Of a DNA stretch of 64,000 bases, positions 46,424-56,986 are shown one piece after another. Within the stretch, counting starts at the first letter, position 1. Each line of letters begins with the position of its first letter. The stretch comes from Candidatus Firestoneibacteriota bacterium (lineage in GTDB: Bacteria > Oederibacteriota > D2-FULL-39-29 > JBBTED01). A program made the position numbers and the translations under genes. The stretch is taken from positions 68,085-132,084 of the forward strand of contig JBBTED010000021.1 of the NCBI GenBank assembly GCA_038042445.1, in the 5' to 3' direction. The notes under the pieces are model-generated. The model worked only from the letters and a program-made list of their open reading frames with translations, was not told where the DNA came from and ran no database searches.

Positions 46424-47809
46424 TCACTTCAATATTGGAAAACTTATTGTAAAAGTTGTATATTTATTTACTTCACTTGCAACAGTAATTGTTCCTCTGA
46501 GTTCTTCTATTAGTTTCCTACATATCGCTAAACCAAGACCTGTTCCATTCTTTGCTTCTTTTGTAGTAAAAAATGGCTCAAATATTTCGTTGAGGTTTTC
46601 TTTAGATATACCAGAACCATCATCTGTAAAATCAACCTCTATAAAATTATTATCAATAACTTTTGTTTTCACACTAATAGTTCCACCCTTTTCAATAGCA
46701 TCAAAGGAATTAGAAAAAAGGTTTAAAAAAATCTGTTCAAGTTGATCACAAGATGCAAGCACTTTCACTTTATCAGTTTCAGCAACGTCTATTTTCAAAG
46801 AGACATCATTCTTTCTAAAAATGTGGCTAAGTATTTCTATTATATCAGTTAAAACTTTATTGAAGTTACATTCCTGCAATTTTTCTTTTGCTTTAGTAGA
46901 ACGAGAAAAACCCAACAAATGTTCAACTATTTCTTTGCACCGTTGTAATTGATGATTTATAAATTTTAATTCTCCAAGATAACTTTTGTTTTTTATATCT
47001 TCCATCAACATTTCTGCACGTAACATTGCAGAAGCTAATGGAGTTTTCATTTGATGTGCGATTCCAGCCGCAATTTGTCCAACCAATACCATTTTATCAA
47101 CCCTATTTATTTTTTCTTCCTGAAGCCTTACAATTTCTTCCTGTGAATTCTCCAAAGCATTTAACATTGAATTGAATTGTTTTGAAATAACTCCAAATTC
47201 ATCATTTCTGGATACAGATAAACGTTTTTTTGTAACACCCTTTTCTACCTGCTTCATCGCATCCAATAATACTTTTATAGGCGTATTTACTATAAAAAAT
47301 ATTGCTAAGCCAATCAAAAGTGAAGTGATTATTACAATAGCAAAAAAAGAGTATATATGTATTTTTAACTCTTTTTTTACACGTAATAAAGCAGGAGTAA
47401 TAGATTTAGAAATACGTATATATCCTAATACAGGTTTTGTATTTTTATGACATTTAAAACACTCTTTTTTGTTAAAAATTGGAACAAAATAAACAAAATT
47501 ATCCCTTAAATCTATATTTACACCCTTTGCTATTATCTTAACCTCTTGATTGCTATTCAAAATCGTAATTTCATTAAAACCAATATTTAATACGAGTTTT
47601 TTTATAAATTTTTCTATTTCACCAATTTTTTTATCCAACATTGAATTTTCAATCTGTTGATGAATTGTTTTACAAAAAAGATTTAGCCGACGTGTTTCAT
47701 CATCAATAACCCATTCATTTGTGTGAGATATCTCTACATATAAATATAACCCAAGCAATACAAACAGAATAAATGTTATTGCAATAATTAATTTAAAAGC
47801 TATTTTCAT
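46424..47809 (-). CDS. Sensor histidine kinase with periplasmic CxxCH heme-binding motif (intact paralog)
   Basis: TM, periplasmic domain with NKKECFKCHKNTKP, second TM, HAMP, H-box GIAHQMKTPL, HATPase_c (GTGLGLAICRKL); 461 aa. Confidence 0.85.
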   Translation of the reverse strand: MKIAFKLIIAITFILFVLLGLYLYVEISHTNEWVIDDETRRLNLFCKTIHQQIENSMLDKKIGEIEKFIKKLVLNIGFNEITILNSNQEVKIIAKGVNIDLRDNFVYFVPIFNKKECFKCHKNTKPVLGYIRISKSITPALLRVKKELKIHIYSFFAIVIITSLLIGLAIFFIVNTPIKVLLDAMKQVEKGVTKKRLSVSRNDEFGVISKQFNSMLNALENSQEEIVRLQEEKINRVDKMVLVGQIAAGIAHQMKTPLASAMLRAEMLMEDIKNKSYLGELKFINHQLQRCKEIVEHLLGFSRSTKAKEKLQECNFNKVLTDIIEILSHIFRKNDVSLKIDVAETDKVKVLASCDQLEQIFLNLFSNSFDAIEKGGTISVKTKVIDNNFIEVDFTDDGSGISKENLNEIFEPFFTTKEAKNGTGLGLAICRKLIEELRGTITVASEVNKYTTFTISFPILK

Positions 47810-47875
47810 ATTTTAATTGTTGGGATTGCTTCGCTTTCGCTCGCAATGACGTGATTCATTAATATTGATAATAGC

Positions 47876-48361
47876 TTATTTAATTTGGGTAGCTCGGGAT
47901 AAAGCAACTGTTCCAGTTCGCACCATTTCTTTTATTCCAAATCCTTTTAAAATATTTATTAATGCATTTACTTTGTCTTCGGAACCAGTAGCTTCTATTG
48001 TGAAAGTTTTTGGACTAATATCAACTATTTTTGCCCTAAAAATATTTACTATTTGCATTATTTCAGATCTATCTGCAGATGCTGCAGTAACCTTAATTAA
48101 TGCCAATTCTCTGTTTATAAAATTTTCTTTGGTTAAATCAATAACTTTTATAGTATCAATAAGTTTATTCAGCTGCTTGGTTATCTGCTCAAGTATTATA
48201 TCATCACCCGCCACTACAATAGTCATTCTGGAAACAGTAGGATCTTCAGTTTCACCAACTGTTAAACTTTCAATATTAAATCCGCGACCACTAAAAAGAC
48301 CAGAAACTCTGGATAATACACCTGCTTTATTTTCCACTAAAACCGAAATAGTATGTCTCAT
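47876..48361 (-). CDS. ilvN: Acetolactate synthase small (regulatory) subunit
   Basis: MRHTISVLVENKAGVLSRVSGLFSGRGFNIESLTVGETEDPTVSRMTIV matches IlvH/IlvN ACT-domain proteins. The track ORF N-terminal extension to 48451 covers a repeat element. Confidence 0.88.
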   Translation of the reverse strand: MRHTISVLVENKAGVLSRVSGLFSGRGFNIESLTVGETEDPTVSRMTIVVAGDDIILEQITKQLNKLIDTIKVIDLTKENFINRELALIKVTAASADRSEIMQIVNIFRAKIVDISPKTFTIEATGSEDKVNALINILKGFGIKEMVRTGTVALSRATQIK

Positions 48362-48394
48362 AATTTTATTGCACCCATTCAATAAACATATTTG

Positions 48395-48455
48395 TGTCAT
48401 CCCGAACTTGTTTCGGGATCTCAAAAAGAGATGCTGAACCAAGTTCAGCATGACA
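48395..48455. repeat. Family A-related two-hairpin repeat (variant, stems with compensatory changes)
   Basis: TGTCATCCCGAACTTGTTTCGGGATC ... GATGCTGAACCAAGTTCAGCATGACA. Sits between ilvB and ilvN. Confidence 0.6.
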
Positions 48456-48496
48456 ATTCATTTTAGCAGAGCTTACGCCTCTGCCGCTACAATTAT

Positions 48497-50176
48497 TTAC
48501 GCTAATTCTATATCTATTGCTTCGTTAATAGGGGCACCTGCAGGAACCATTGGAAAAACATTCTCCTCTCTATCAACCTGAAAATCAATTATAACAGGTT
48601 TATCTATTGAAAACGCTTTTTCTAAAGTTTTCCTAACTTCTTGTGACTCAGTAACCCTTAAACCCACAGCTCCATAAGCTTCTGCAAGTTTAACAAAATC
48701 AGGCTGGCTACAAATATCTGAACAAGAATATCTGCGATTATAAAAAAGTTCCTGCCATTGCCTAACCATGCCAAGATACCTATTATTTAAAATTGCCACT
48801 TTAACAGGCACTTTATAAGAAACAGCAGTTATTAATTCCTGAATGTTCATCTGGAAACTACCATCCCCTGCAATATCTATAACAAGCTTATCAGGACATC
48901 CTATTTTAGCGCCTATTGCAGCAGGAAAGCCATACCCCATTGTTCCAAGACCACCTGAAGACAACAACGAGCGTGGATTGATAAATTTATAAAATTGTGC
49001 TGTCCACATTTGATTCTGACCAACTTCAGTAGTTATTATAGCATCACCTTTTGTTAATTCACAAATCTGTTCAATAACAAACTGGGGTTTTAAACTTTTA
49101 CTATTTTTATTGTAAGTCAATGGATATTTTTTCTTCCATTCCTCAATTTTCTTTTTCCATTCAATATGCTTTTTGGATTCAATAAATCCATTCAATTCCT
49201 GCAATATTATCTTTGCATCACCAACTATCGGAATATCAACTCTGACGTTTTTACTTATAGCAGATGGATCTATATCTATATGAATTATTTTTGCATTAGG
49301 CGCAAATCTATCTAATTTCCCTGTAACACGGTCATCAAATCTTGCGCCAACCGCAATTATCAAATCAGAATCCATTATTGCAGCATTTGCATATCTAGTT
49401 CCATGCATACCAAACATTCCTAGATATAACGGATGATTTGCAGGAAATCCTCCAAGCCCTAATAACGTTAAACCAACCGGAATATCAGCCTTCTCAGCAA
49501 GAATTTTAATGCATTTTGAAGCGCCAGAACTAATAACACCTCCACCCGCATAAATTATTGGTTGTATCGCAGAATTAATCATTTCTGCAGCTTTTTTTAT
49601 TTGAACAGGATGTCCTTCATAAACAGGCTTATAACTCCTTAACTCAACCTTTTCAGGAATATTAGCTGAAGTAGTTTCAGCTCTGCTTATATCAACCGGT
49701 ATATCAACAACTACGGGCCCTTTTCTCCCTGTAGAAGCAATATAAAATGCTTCCCTTATAACTCTTCCAAGATCTTTAATGTTTTTTACAAGGTAATTGT
49801 GCTTTGTAATTGGACGTGTTATTCCAGTAAAATCTGCTTCCTGAAACGCATCATTTCCTATAAGATTTGTAGCAACCTGCGCAGTAAACGCAACCATTGG
49901 AATGGAATCCATATAAGCTGTAGCTATTCCAGTTGTCAAATTTGTTGCACCAGGACCTGAAGTTGCCAGACAAACTCCAACTTTTCCAGTAGCGCGCGCA
50001 TATCCATCAGCAGCGTGTGCAGCACCTTGTTCGTGCCGTGTCAATATAACCTTTATCTTGGAATCATAAAGAGCATCAAATAAAGGTAATGCAACTCCGC
50101 CCGGTATTCCGAACATTACCTCAACACCCTCTTTAACAAGAGTATCAACAAATATTTCAGCACCTTTTTTCTTCAT
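48497..50176 (-). CDS. ilvB: Acetolactate synthase large (catalytic) subunit
   Basis: 559 aa; TPP-binding motifs ([12 protein letters not shown]...), FAD-binding region, typical AHAS N-terminus. Confidence 0.92.
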   Translation of the reverse strand: MKKKGAEIFVDTLVKEGVEVMFGIPGGVALPLFDALYDSKIKVILTRHEQGAAHAADGYARATGKVGVCLATSGPGATNLTTGIATAYMDSIPMVAFTAQVATNLIGNDAFQEADFTGITRPITKHNYLVKNIKDLGRVIREAFYIASTGRKGPVVVDIPVDISRAETTSANIPEKVELRSYKPVYEGHPVQIKKAAEMINSAIQPIIYAGGGVISSGASKCIKILAEKADIPVGLTLLGLGGFPANHPLYLGMFGMHGTRYANAAIMDSDLIIAVGARFDDRVTGKLDRFAPNAKIIHIDIDPSAISKNVRVDIPIVGDAKIILQELNGFIESKKHIEWKKKIEEWKKKYPLTYNKNSKSLKPQFVIEQICELTKGDAIITTEVGQNQMWTAQFYKFINPRSLLSSGGLGTMGYGFPAAIGAKIGCPDKLVIDIAGDGSFQMNIQELITAVSYKVPVKVAILNNRYLGMVRQWQELFYNRRYSCSDICSQPDFVKLAEAYGAVGLRVTESQEVRKTLEKAFSIDKPVIIDFQVDREENVFPMVPAGAPINEAIDIELA

Positions 50177-50201
50177 ATGGATATTTATTCTACTATATTA
50201 A

Positions 50202-51887
50202 TTATAATTCTGTCAATATTCTTAAACTAAATTTTAACACTGCACCCTTGCTTGCGGAACTAACCATACTTGAATATCGCGCAAGATAACCTGATTTAAT
50301 TTTTGGCTGAGGCTTATGCCATTTTGAAAGTCTTGATTTAATTTCATTGTCAGACAACTTAACATTTAATTTTCTATTTGGAATATCAATTTCAATAATA
50401 TCACCATCTTTTAAAATAGCAATTGGTCCACCATCTGCTGCCTCAGGACATATATGGCCAATTGCAGCACCTCTTGTGCCTCCTGAAAATCTTCCATCTG
50501 TAATTAGTGCAACATCTTTTATTCCCATACCGGAAACTGCAGCTGTAAGACTTAACATTTCCTGCATTCCAGGACCACCTTTTGGTCCTTCGTATCTAAC
50601 TACAATCACATCACCCTTTTTAATTTTTCCACCAAGAATAGCTTTTATCGTTTCTCCTTCAGAATCAAAAACTTTTGCAGCACCTGAATGTTTTAGCATA
50701 TTCTGAGCAATTGCAGATTGTTTTACAACTGCACCATCTTTTACTAAATTTCCATAAAGTATTGCCAGACCACCTTGTTTTGCATAAGGACTATTCCAAG
50801 GTTTTATTACATCTTCTCGTTTCACAAATACACCTTTAAGATTATCTCTAACTTTTTTTCCGGTAACTGTTAATTCATTTAAATTAATCTTACCATTCTT
50901 ACTTAAAACACTCATCAATGCCTGAATACCACCTGCCCAATATAAATCTTCAAGAAAATGTGGACCACCAGGGCTTAAACTACAAAGGTAATGAGTCCCT
51001 CTGCTTATTTTCTCAAAGTCATCTAAAGTTAGTTTCACTTTTGTTTCATTAGCAATTGCAAGAAAATGCAATGTAGTATTTGAAGAACCTCCAAAAGCCA
51101 TATCTACAGTTATAGCATTTTCAAATGCAGATTTTGTCATTATGTTATGAGGCCTTATATTTTTTTTAACTAATTCCATTATTTTCATTCCTGTGTGTTT
51201 TGCAAGACGAATTCTTTCAGCATACACAGCAGGAATTGTTCCACATCCCGGTAATCCCATTCCAAGCGCTTCTGTCATACAATTCATTGAATTTGCAGTA
51301 AACATTCCAGCACAAGAACCACAACTAGGACACGCAACATCTTCCATTTCATTTAATTCTTTTAAAGTAAGTGTCCCAGCTTTAACTTTTCCAACTCCTT
51401 CAAACATACCAGTTACTAAATCCATTTTTTTGCCATTATATTCACCTGTAAGCATAGGACCACCAGAAACAAATATAGAAGGAATATCAAGCCTTGCAGA
51501 TGCCATAAGCATTCCCGGCACGATTTTGTCACAACTTGGGATTAACACTAACCCATCAAATGGATGCGCATTTGCCATAGACTCCACAGAATCAGCAATA
51601 AGCTCACGACTTGGCAAAGAAAATTTCATACCATTATGATTCATAGCTATACCATCACATATTCCAATTGTAGAAAATTCCACAGGTGTTCCACCAGCCA
51701 TTCGAACTCCAGCTTTTACAGCCTCTGCAATTTTATCTAAATGGATATGTCCAGGAACTATCTCATTCTGAGAATTTACAATACCAATAATGGGCCTGGC
51801 TAATTCTTCATTTATATACCCCATTGCCTTAAAAAGTGAACGATGAGGTGCTTTTTCCAAACCTTTTTTCATAGCATCACTACGCAT
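50202..51887 (-). CDS. ilvD: Dihydroxy-acid dehydratase
   Basis: 561 aa; CPGCGSC-like Fe-S ligand region (CPSCGSCAG), ILVD/EDD family signature. Confidence 0.92.
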   Translation of the reverse strand: MRSDAMKKGLEKAPHRSLFKAMGYINEELARPIIGIVNSQNEIVPGHIHLDKIAEAVKAGVRMAGGTPVEFSTIGICDGIAMNHNGMKFSLPSRELIADSVESMANAHPFDGLVLIPSCDKIVPGMLMASARLDIPSIFVSGGPMLTGEYNGKKMDLVTGMFEGVGKVKAGTLTLKELNEMEDVACPSCGSCAGMFTANSMNCMTEALGMGLPGCGTIPAVYAERIRLAKHTGMKIMELVKKNIRPHNIMTKSAFENAITVDMAFGGSSNTTLHFLAIANETKVKLTLDDFEKISRGTHYLCSLSPGGPHFLEDLYWAGGIQALMSVLSKNGKINLNELTVTGKKVRDNLKGVFVKREDVIKPWNSPYAKQGGLAILYGNLVKDGAVVKQSAIAQNMLKHSGAAKVFDSEGETIKAILGGKIKKGDVIVVRYEGPKGGPGMQEMLSLTAAVSGMGIKDVALITDGRFSGGTRGAAIGHICPEAADGGPIAILKDGDIIEIDIPNRKLNVKLSDNEIKSRLSKWHKPQPKIKSGYLARYSSMVSSASKGAVLKFSLRILTEL

Positions 51888-51935
51888 AATATCTCCTTTA
51901 ATTGACAGACGAGACGTCTGTCCTACAATAAATAA

Positions 51936-52013
51936 TGGTGGGTCCCAGAGGGTTCGGACCTCTGACCTCTGCCTTGTAAGGGCAGCGCTCTAACCAGCTG
52001 AGCTAGGGACCCC
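51936..52013 (-). tRNA. tRNA-Val(TAC): tRNA-Val (anticodon TAC)
   Basis: The minus strand reads GGGGTCCCTAGCTCAGCTGGTTAGAGCGCTGCCCTTACAAGGCAGAGGTCAGAGGTCCGAACCCTCTGGGACCCACCA. Cloverleaf with anticodon loop CTTACAA, CCA encoded. Confidence 0.88.
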
Positions 52014-52066
52014 AAAAACTATGGCAATTATACAATTTTTATTTATTAACCTCAAGAACAATTTAA

Positions 52067-52540
52067 TTATTTGGCGACTAAGATTACTTTTGGGCCGGAA
52101 TTTTCTATCTGATTTTTTATTTTTACAGGAAGCATATCATCGGATATTAAACACTTTAATGCTGATATTGGAGAAACATAGGCAAACAATTCTTTTCCAA
52201 ATTTAGATGAATCTGCAAGACCAATTGTCTCTTTACTGTTTTCAATTACAATTTGTTTCAATTTAGCTATTTCTATTTCTCCTACAGTTATATCTTTAGC
52301 TGTAAAACTACTCAAACCAATAAATGCTTTATCTAATTTTAGCTTCTTTAAATCTTCCTCTGCTATTTGTCCATAACTTTCTCTTATTTCTTTTTTCCAC
52401 TTTCCACCAATTATATACAATTCAACTGTTGGATGATTTGTGTATTCATACTTTTTTACCAATTGTTCAAATGAAGCATCATCGCCATTTACAACATTTG
52501 CAATTAAAACTTCATCAGGAGTATTTTCTAAATCCATCAA
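52067..52540 (-). CDS. DeoR-family regulator C-terminal sensor-domain fragment (no HTH; probable gene remnant)
   Basis: 157 aa covering only the distal half of a DeoR C-terminal sugar-binding domain (AFIGLSSF...IGLADSSKFG...FAYVSPISALKCLISD). The N-terminal HTH and the first half of the sensor domain are absent. Confidence 0.5.
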   Translation of the reverse strand: MMDLENTPDEVLIANVVNGDDASFEQLVKKYEYTNHPTVELYIIGGKWKKEIRESYGQIAEEDLKKLKLDKAFIGLSSFTAKDITVGEIEIAKLKQIVIENSKETIGLADSSKFGKELFAYVSPISALKCLISDDMLPVKIKNQIENSGPKVILVAK

Positions 52541-52640
52541 TTCTCCCAGCTGTAGGGAACAAAAATTTTTGTTCCCTACTTACAATAACAACTGTCTAAA
52601 ATGGCTCACTTATTATTTTAATTAATATTGCGAATTAAAG

Positions 52641-53618
52641 TTATTTGCTGTTTTTTTGCAGAAAATCCTCTACGAATTGGACAAAATCTATATCCAACTT
52701 ATTTTCCTGTGCTTCTTTTTTTAATATAAAAATTGCTTCTGTATTAGTTTTGGACACACGATAAGGTCTATCAGTTGTCAATGCATCAAAAATATCCGCT
52801 ATAGTAACAATTCTAACTAATCTACTAATTTCTTCTGCTGGCAAACCATCAGGATAACCGCTACCATCTAATTTCTCATGATGATGATGAATTATATCAA
52901 GTATCTGTGGCACAAGTCTAAGATTACTACATATATCTACACCCAAAACAGGATGCTTTTTAATAAAATCAAATTCTTCATTTGTCAACGAACCTTGTTT
53001 ATTAAGGATTTGATCTGGAATTCCCATTTTACCAATATCATGTAATAAAGAACTCTTATTAAGTATTTCTACTTCCTCTTCAGAAACTCCAATTTCTTTA
53101 CCAATATTTACAGACATATCCGCTACTCTACGGGAATGACCTGCAGTATAAAAATCTCTGGCTTCAATTGATTTAACTAAAGAAAAAACCGTGTTTTCCA
53201 ATGTTTCAACTTGTGCTATTAATTTTTTTATTTTTAGCAAATTAGTAATCCTGGTCAATAATTCAAGTGGCTCAAAAGGTTTGCGTATATAATCATCAGC
53301 GCCTAATTCTAATCCTGCTATCACACTCTCTTCTAATAACAGTCCACTCAAAAATATTATAGGAATATAGTGGACACCACTTCGTTTTTCCCTGATAATC
53401 TGACATGCTTTAAAACCATTCATAACAGGCATTTCAACATCTAAAATAACTAAATCAGGCCGCAAATTTTCTTCTGTTTCTACTGCTTCCTGACCATTTG
53501 AAGCAGTTATCACTTCAAATCCATAAGTTTTACAATATCTCGCTATAGTATCTCTAATTAATTTGTCATCATCCGCAATAAGTATTCTTGATTTACTCAT
53601 ACACCCTCCTAAAAACAA
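52641..53618 (-). CDS. Response regulator with HD-GYP phosphodiesterase output domain
   Basis: REC (ILIADDDKLIRD...DLVILDVEMP) followed by HD-GYP (HSRRVA...HHHHEKLDGSGYPDGL). Confidence 0.85.
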   Translation of the reverse strand: MFLGGCMSKSRILIADDDKLIRDTIARYCKTYGFEVITASNGQEAVETEENLRPDLVILDVEMPVMNGFKACQIIREKRSGVHYIPIIFLSGLLLEESVIAGLELGADDYIRKPFEPLELLTRITNLLKIKKLIAQVETLENTVFSLVKSIEARDFYTAGHSRRVADMSVNIGKEIGVSEEEVEILNKSSLLHDIGKMGIPDQILNKQGSLTNEEFDFIKKHPVLGVDICSNLRLVPQILDIIHHHHEKLDGSGYPDGLPAEEISRLVRIVTIADIFDALTTDRPYRVSKTNTEAIFILKKEAQENKLDIDFVQFVEDFLQKNSK

Positions 53619-53649
53619 ACATCAGACAAAAATTCAGACTATAATTATA

Positions 53650-54405
53650 TCATATTCTCATATTTACTTTATGTTTTCTAAGATAAGATTTTACCTGTCG
53701 TACAGTAAATTGTCTGTAATGAAATACTGATGCTGCTAAAGCGGCATCTGCACAACCGTATGTGAGAATGTTGTAAAAATGAATTAATTCACCGGCACCA
53801 CCTGATGCAATTATAGGAATTGAAACTTCTTTCGCAATTTTCTTAGTAAGTTCTATATCATATCCATTTTTTGTGCCATCAGCATCCATGCTCGTTAATA
53901 AAATTTCACCGGCACCAGATTTTTCAACTCTTTTTGCCCATTTTACTGCATCTATACTTGTTGGAGTTCTGCCACCATGTATATATACTTCCCAACTTCT
54001 TCCTTTTCTCTTTGCATCAATAGCAACAACTATACACTGGCTTCCAAATTTTTTAGATGCTTTAATAATCAAATCCGGATTTTTTACTGCTGATGTATTT
54101 ATTGAAATTTTGTCTGCACCTGCTTTAAGCAAATTTCTAATATCATCCAGATTTCGTATACCACCGCCAACTGTGAGAGGAATAAAAACTTTTTCCGCAG
54201 TTCTTTTTACAACATCAATCATTATGTTTCTTTTTTCATAGGAGGCAGTTATATCAAGAAAAATCAATTCATCAGCTCCTTCCCTGTCATAAAAAGATGC
54301 TGATTTAACAGGGTCTCCCGCATCTTTCAAATTGAGAAATTTTATTCCTTTTACAACTCTTCCCTCTTTAACATCAAGACAGGGAATTATTCTTTTGGAA
54401 AGCAT
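53650..54405 (-). CDS. hisF: Imidazole glycerol phosphate synthase cyclase subunit
   Basis: 251 aa; [16 protein letters not shown]... TIM-barrel HisF signature. Confidence 0.93.
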   Translation of the reverse strand: MLSKRIIPCLDVKEGRVVKGIKFLNLKDAGDPVKSASFYDREGADELIFLDITASYEKRNIMIDVVKRTAEKVFIPLTVGGGIRNLDDIRNLLKAGADKISINTSAVKNPDLIIKASKKFGSQCIVVAIDAKRKGRSWEVYIHGGRTPTSIDAVKWAKRVEKSGAGEILLTSMDADGTKNGYDIELTKKIAKEVSIPIIASGGAGELIHFYNILTYGCADAALAASVFHYRQFTVRQVKSYLRKHKVNMRI

Positions 54406-55226
54406 TATTTTTTATCCTTAGGACTTTTATTCTTTTTGTATTTTCGTTTACGATGTTTTTTATTAGCCGGCACTGGAGAAGCAGAAGTTTTAATTGCCTC
54501 TTTTAAATCAATTGCACCTGTATATATTGCTTTTCCAATTATCATACCTGTGACTCCATATTTTTCCATTGCATTTATGTTTTCCACATTAGCAAGAGTT
54601 GATATACCTCCAGCTGCTATTATATTTATATCTACAGCAGTTGCTATATCTTTTATACTCTTAAAATTAGGGCCACAAAGCATTCCATCACGTTTTATAT
54701 CTGTAAAAATTATAGTCTTAATACCAATCTCTATAATTTCTTTAGCCAAAGTTATTGCCTTTTTATTCGTTACATCTCTCCATCCTTTAATAGCAACATA
54801 TCCATCTTTTGCATCAATACTTACCAAAATTTTATCTTTATAAGATTTATAAGCCTCTTTTACCAATTCAATTGAATTATATGCAGATGTACCAAGGATA
54901 ATTTTATCGACACCTTTTTTGAAAACTTCTTCTATGATTTCAAGAGAACGCACACCACCACCAAATTGTATAGGGATACGAACAGCTTTAACAATCTGTG
55001 AAACTACATCTAAATTTTTAGGTTTACCGGTAATTGCCCCATCTAAATCAACTATGTGTAAAAGTTTAGCACCTCTTAGCTGCCACAATTTAGCTATAGA
55101 AACAGGCTCACGTGAATAAACCGTTTCATCACGAGTATTTCCCTGTGCTAAACGCACACAACGACCTTTCCGTAAATCAATAGCAGGAATAATTAACATT
55201 GATATATGTTTATCACAACAAAACAA
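54405..55226 (-). CDS. hisA: ProFAR isomerase HisA with unusual K/R-rich C-terminal tail
   Basis: [16 protein letters not shown]...GGGVRS HisA signature (probable start MLIIPAIDL at 55199). C-terminal [21 protein letters not shown] extension. Confidence 0.88.
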   Translation of the reverse strand: MFCCDKHISMLIIPAIDLRKGRCVRLAQGNTRDETVYSREPVSIAKLWQLRGAKLLHIVDLDGAITGKPKNLDVVSQIVKAVRIPIQFGGGVRSLEIIEEVFKKGVDKIILGTSAYNSIELVKEAYKSYKDKILVSIDAKDGYVAIKGWRDVTNKKAITLAKEIIEIGIKTIIFTDIKRDGMLCGPNFKSIKDIATAVDINIIAAGGISTLANVENINAMEKYGVTGMIIGKAIYTGAIDLKEAIKTSASPVPANKKHRKRKYKKNKSPKDKK

Positions 55227-55258
55227 CTCAAGTCAATAAAAATTAAGATTGTGAAACT

Positions 55259-56986
55259 TCACATTTTAAATTGCATTTCATAAAGTTTTTTATAAAGGCC
55301 ACCTTTTGTCATCAACTCTTCATGTTTTCCAACATCTGCTATTTTACCATCGTCAATCACAACTATTTTATCTGCCTTCATAACAGTAGAAAGTCTGTGA
55401 GCAATTACAAATGTAGTCCTATTTTTCATCAAATTATTCAAAGCGTCTTGAACTAACTTCTCTGATTCATTATCAAGGGCTGATGTAGCTTCATCTAAAA
55501 TTAATATTGGAGGATTTTTTAATATTGCACGTGCAATTGCTATTCTCTGTTTTTCTCCACCTGAAATTTTAGCTCCACGTTCACCAATAAATGTATCATA
55601 TCCATAAGTTGTTTCTATTATGAAATCATGCGCATTAGCAGCACAAGCTGCAAACTCTACAGCTGAATCAGTAGTTATAGGATTACCATAAGCAATATTA
55701 TTCCTAAAAGTATCATTAAATAAAATAGTCTCCTGTGTTACAATACCCATTTGTGCACGCAAACTTTTCAATGTAACTTTCTGGACATCAATATCATCAA
55801 TTTTTATACTACCTTTGGTTGGATTATAGAACCTAAGCAATAAATTCACCAAAGTGGTTTTGCCAGAGCCACTTGGGCCTACAATTGCTATTACTTCCCC
55901 TGCATTTATTGATAAATTTATACTTTCAAGCACATCTTTTTTACCGTCATAAGAAAAATTCACATTTTCAAAAATTATGCTATTTTTCACTGGCTCTATA
56001 TTAATTGTTCCGTTATCTTCTTCAGGTGGAACATCCATTAAATTAAAAACTCTTTCAGCAGCAGCAAGTGACTGTTGAAGTGTTTGATTTATTCCATTTA
56101 GATTATGAAGTGGTTTATATAATGATAGTAATGTAGCAACAAAAGCTGTAAACCCTCCTATTGAAAGTTGTCCACTTACAACCTGTCTTCCTGAAAAAGC
56201 TATTAAAAAAGAAATTCCAAGCCCTCCAATAAATTCCATTATCGGGCTGGACATAGCTGTTATTTTTAATGATTTCATAGATATATCAAAAAAATTTCTG
56301 TTTTCTTTTTTGAATTTATCAATCTCTGCTTTTTCCATACCAAAACCTTTAACCACTCTTATACCACTTATCGTTTCATATAAAATAGCAGAAATATCTG
56401 CAGTTTTGGCCTGACTTTTAGAACTTATCTTGCGTATTTTTGCTCCAAATTTATATAGAGGATAAATGGCTATAGGAAATACAAATAAAGCTATTATTGC
56501 CATTTGCCAGTTCAATTTAAATATCAAAATAATAAGCCCTATTAGAGTCAAGCCATTGCTTGCTACACTACCTACAATTCCACTAACAGCATTTTGCATA
56601 ATAGAAACATCATTTGTTATTCTGGATATCAAATGGCCTGTTTTCTGATTATGATAAAAACTAATACTCATATATTGCAAATGTTCATACAGCAGATTTC
56701 TTATATCCATTATTACTCTCTGTCCTGTATTATTTATCAGATAATCCTGTGCATAATATGCAAGCCCTTTTATAAAAAAAAGTCCTAATAACGCAAGCGG
56801 TATTATTTTGATAAACATTAACGCTTCTTCTTTATTGGGATTAGCAAATATTTTGTCAAAAACAGGTTTTAATATATACATTAGTCCAACTGTACAACTG
56901 GAAACTATTGTCATACAAACTAATGCAATAATTATTCTTTTAGTATAAGGTCGGACATATTTTAATAATCTCAAATATAATTTCAT
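55259..56986 (-). CDS. msbA: Lipid A export ABC transporter permease/ATPase
   Basis: Six-TM domain plus NBD (GPSGSGKTT, ISGGEKQRIAIARA, ILILDEATSALD); adjacent to lpxB. Confidence 0.75.
   Translation of the reverse strand: MKLYLRLLKYVRPYTKRIIIALVCMTIVSSCTVGLMYILKPVFDKIFANPNKEEALMFIKIIPLALLGLFFIKGLAYYAQDYLINNTGQRVIMDIRNLLYEHLQYMSISFYHNQKTGHLISRITNDVSIMQNAVSGIVGSVASNGLTLIGLIILIFKLNWQMAIIALFVFPIAIYPLYKFGAKIRKISSKSQAKTADISAILYETISGIRVVKGFGMEKAEIDKFKKENRNFFDISMKSLKITAMSSPIMEFIGGLGISFLIAFSGRQVVSGQLSIGGFTAFVATLLSLYKPLHNLNGINQTLQQSLAAAERVFNLMDVPPEEDNGTINIEPVKNSIIFENVNFSYDGKKDVLESINLSINAGEVIAIVGPSGSGKTTLVNLLLRFYNPTKGSIKIDDIDVQKVTLKSLRAQMGIVTQETILFNDTFRNNIAYGNPITTDSAVEFAACAANAHDFIIETTYGYDTFIGERGAKISGGEKQRIAIARAILKNPPILILDEATSALDNESEKLVQDALNNLMKNRTTFVIAHRLSTVMKADKIVVIDDGKIADVGKHEELMTKGGLYKKLYEMQFKM

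Noticed and set aside
47865-48437. 190-aa plus-strand ORF opposite ilvN
   Set aside because: It fully overlaps the well-supported ilvN on the other strand and is Ser/Ile-rich low complexity. It is a shadow ORF.
52541-52640. Perfect 26-bp palindrome TAGGGAACAAAAATTTTTGTTCCCTA between the HD-GYP regulator and the DeoR fragment
   Set aside because: It looks like an ordinary intrinsic terminator for the upstream gene. No repeat copies or regulatory context found.
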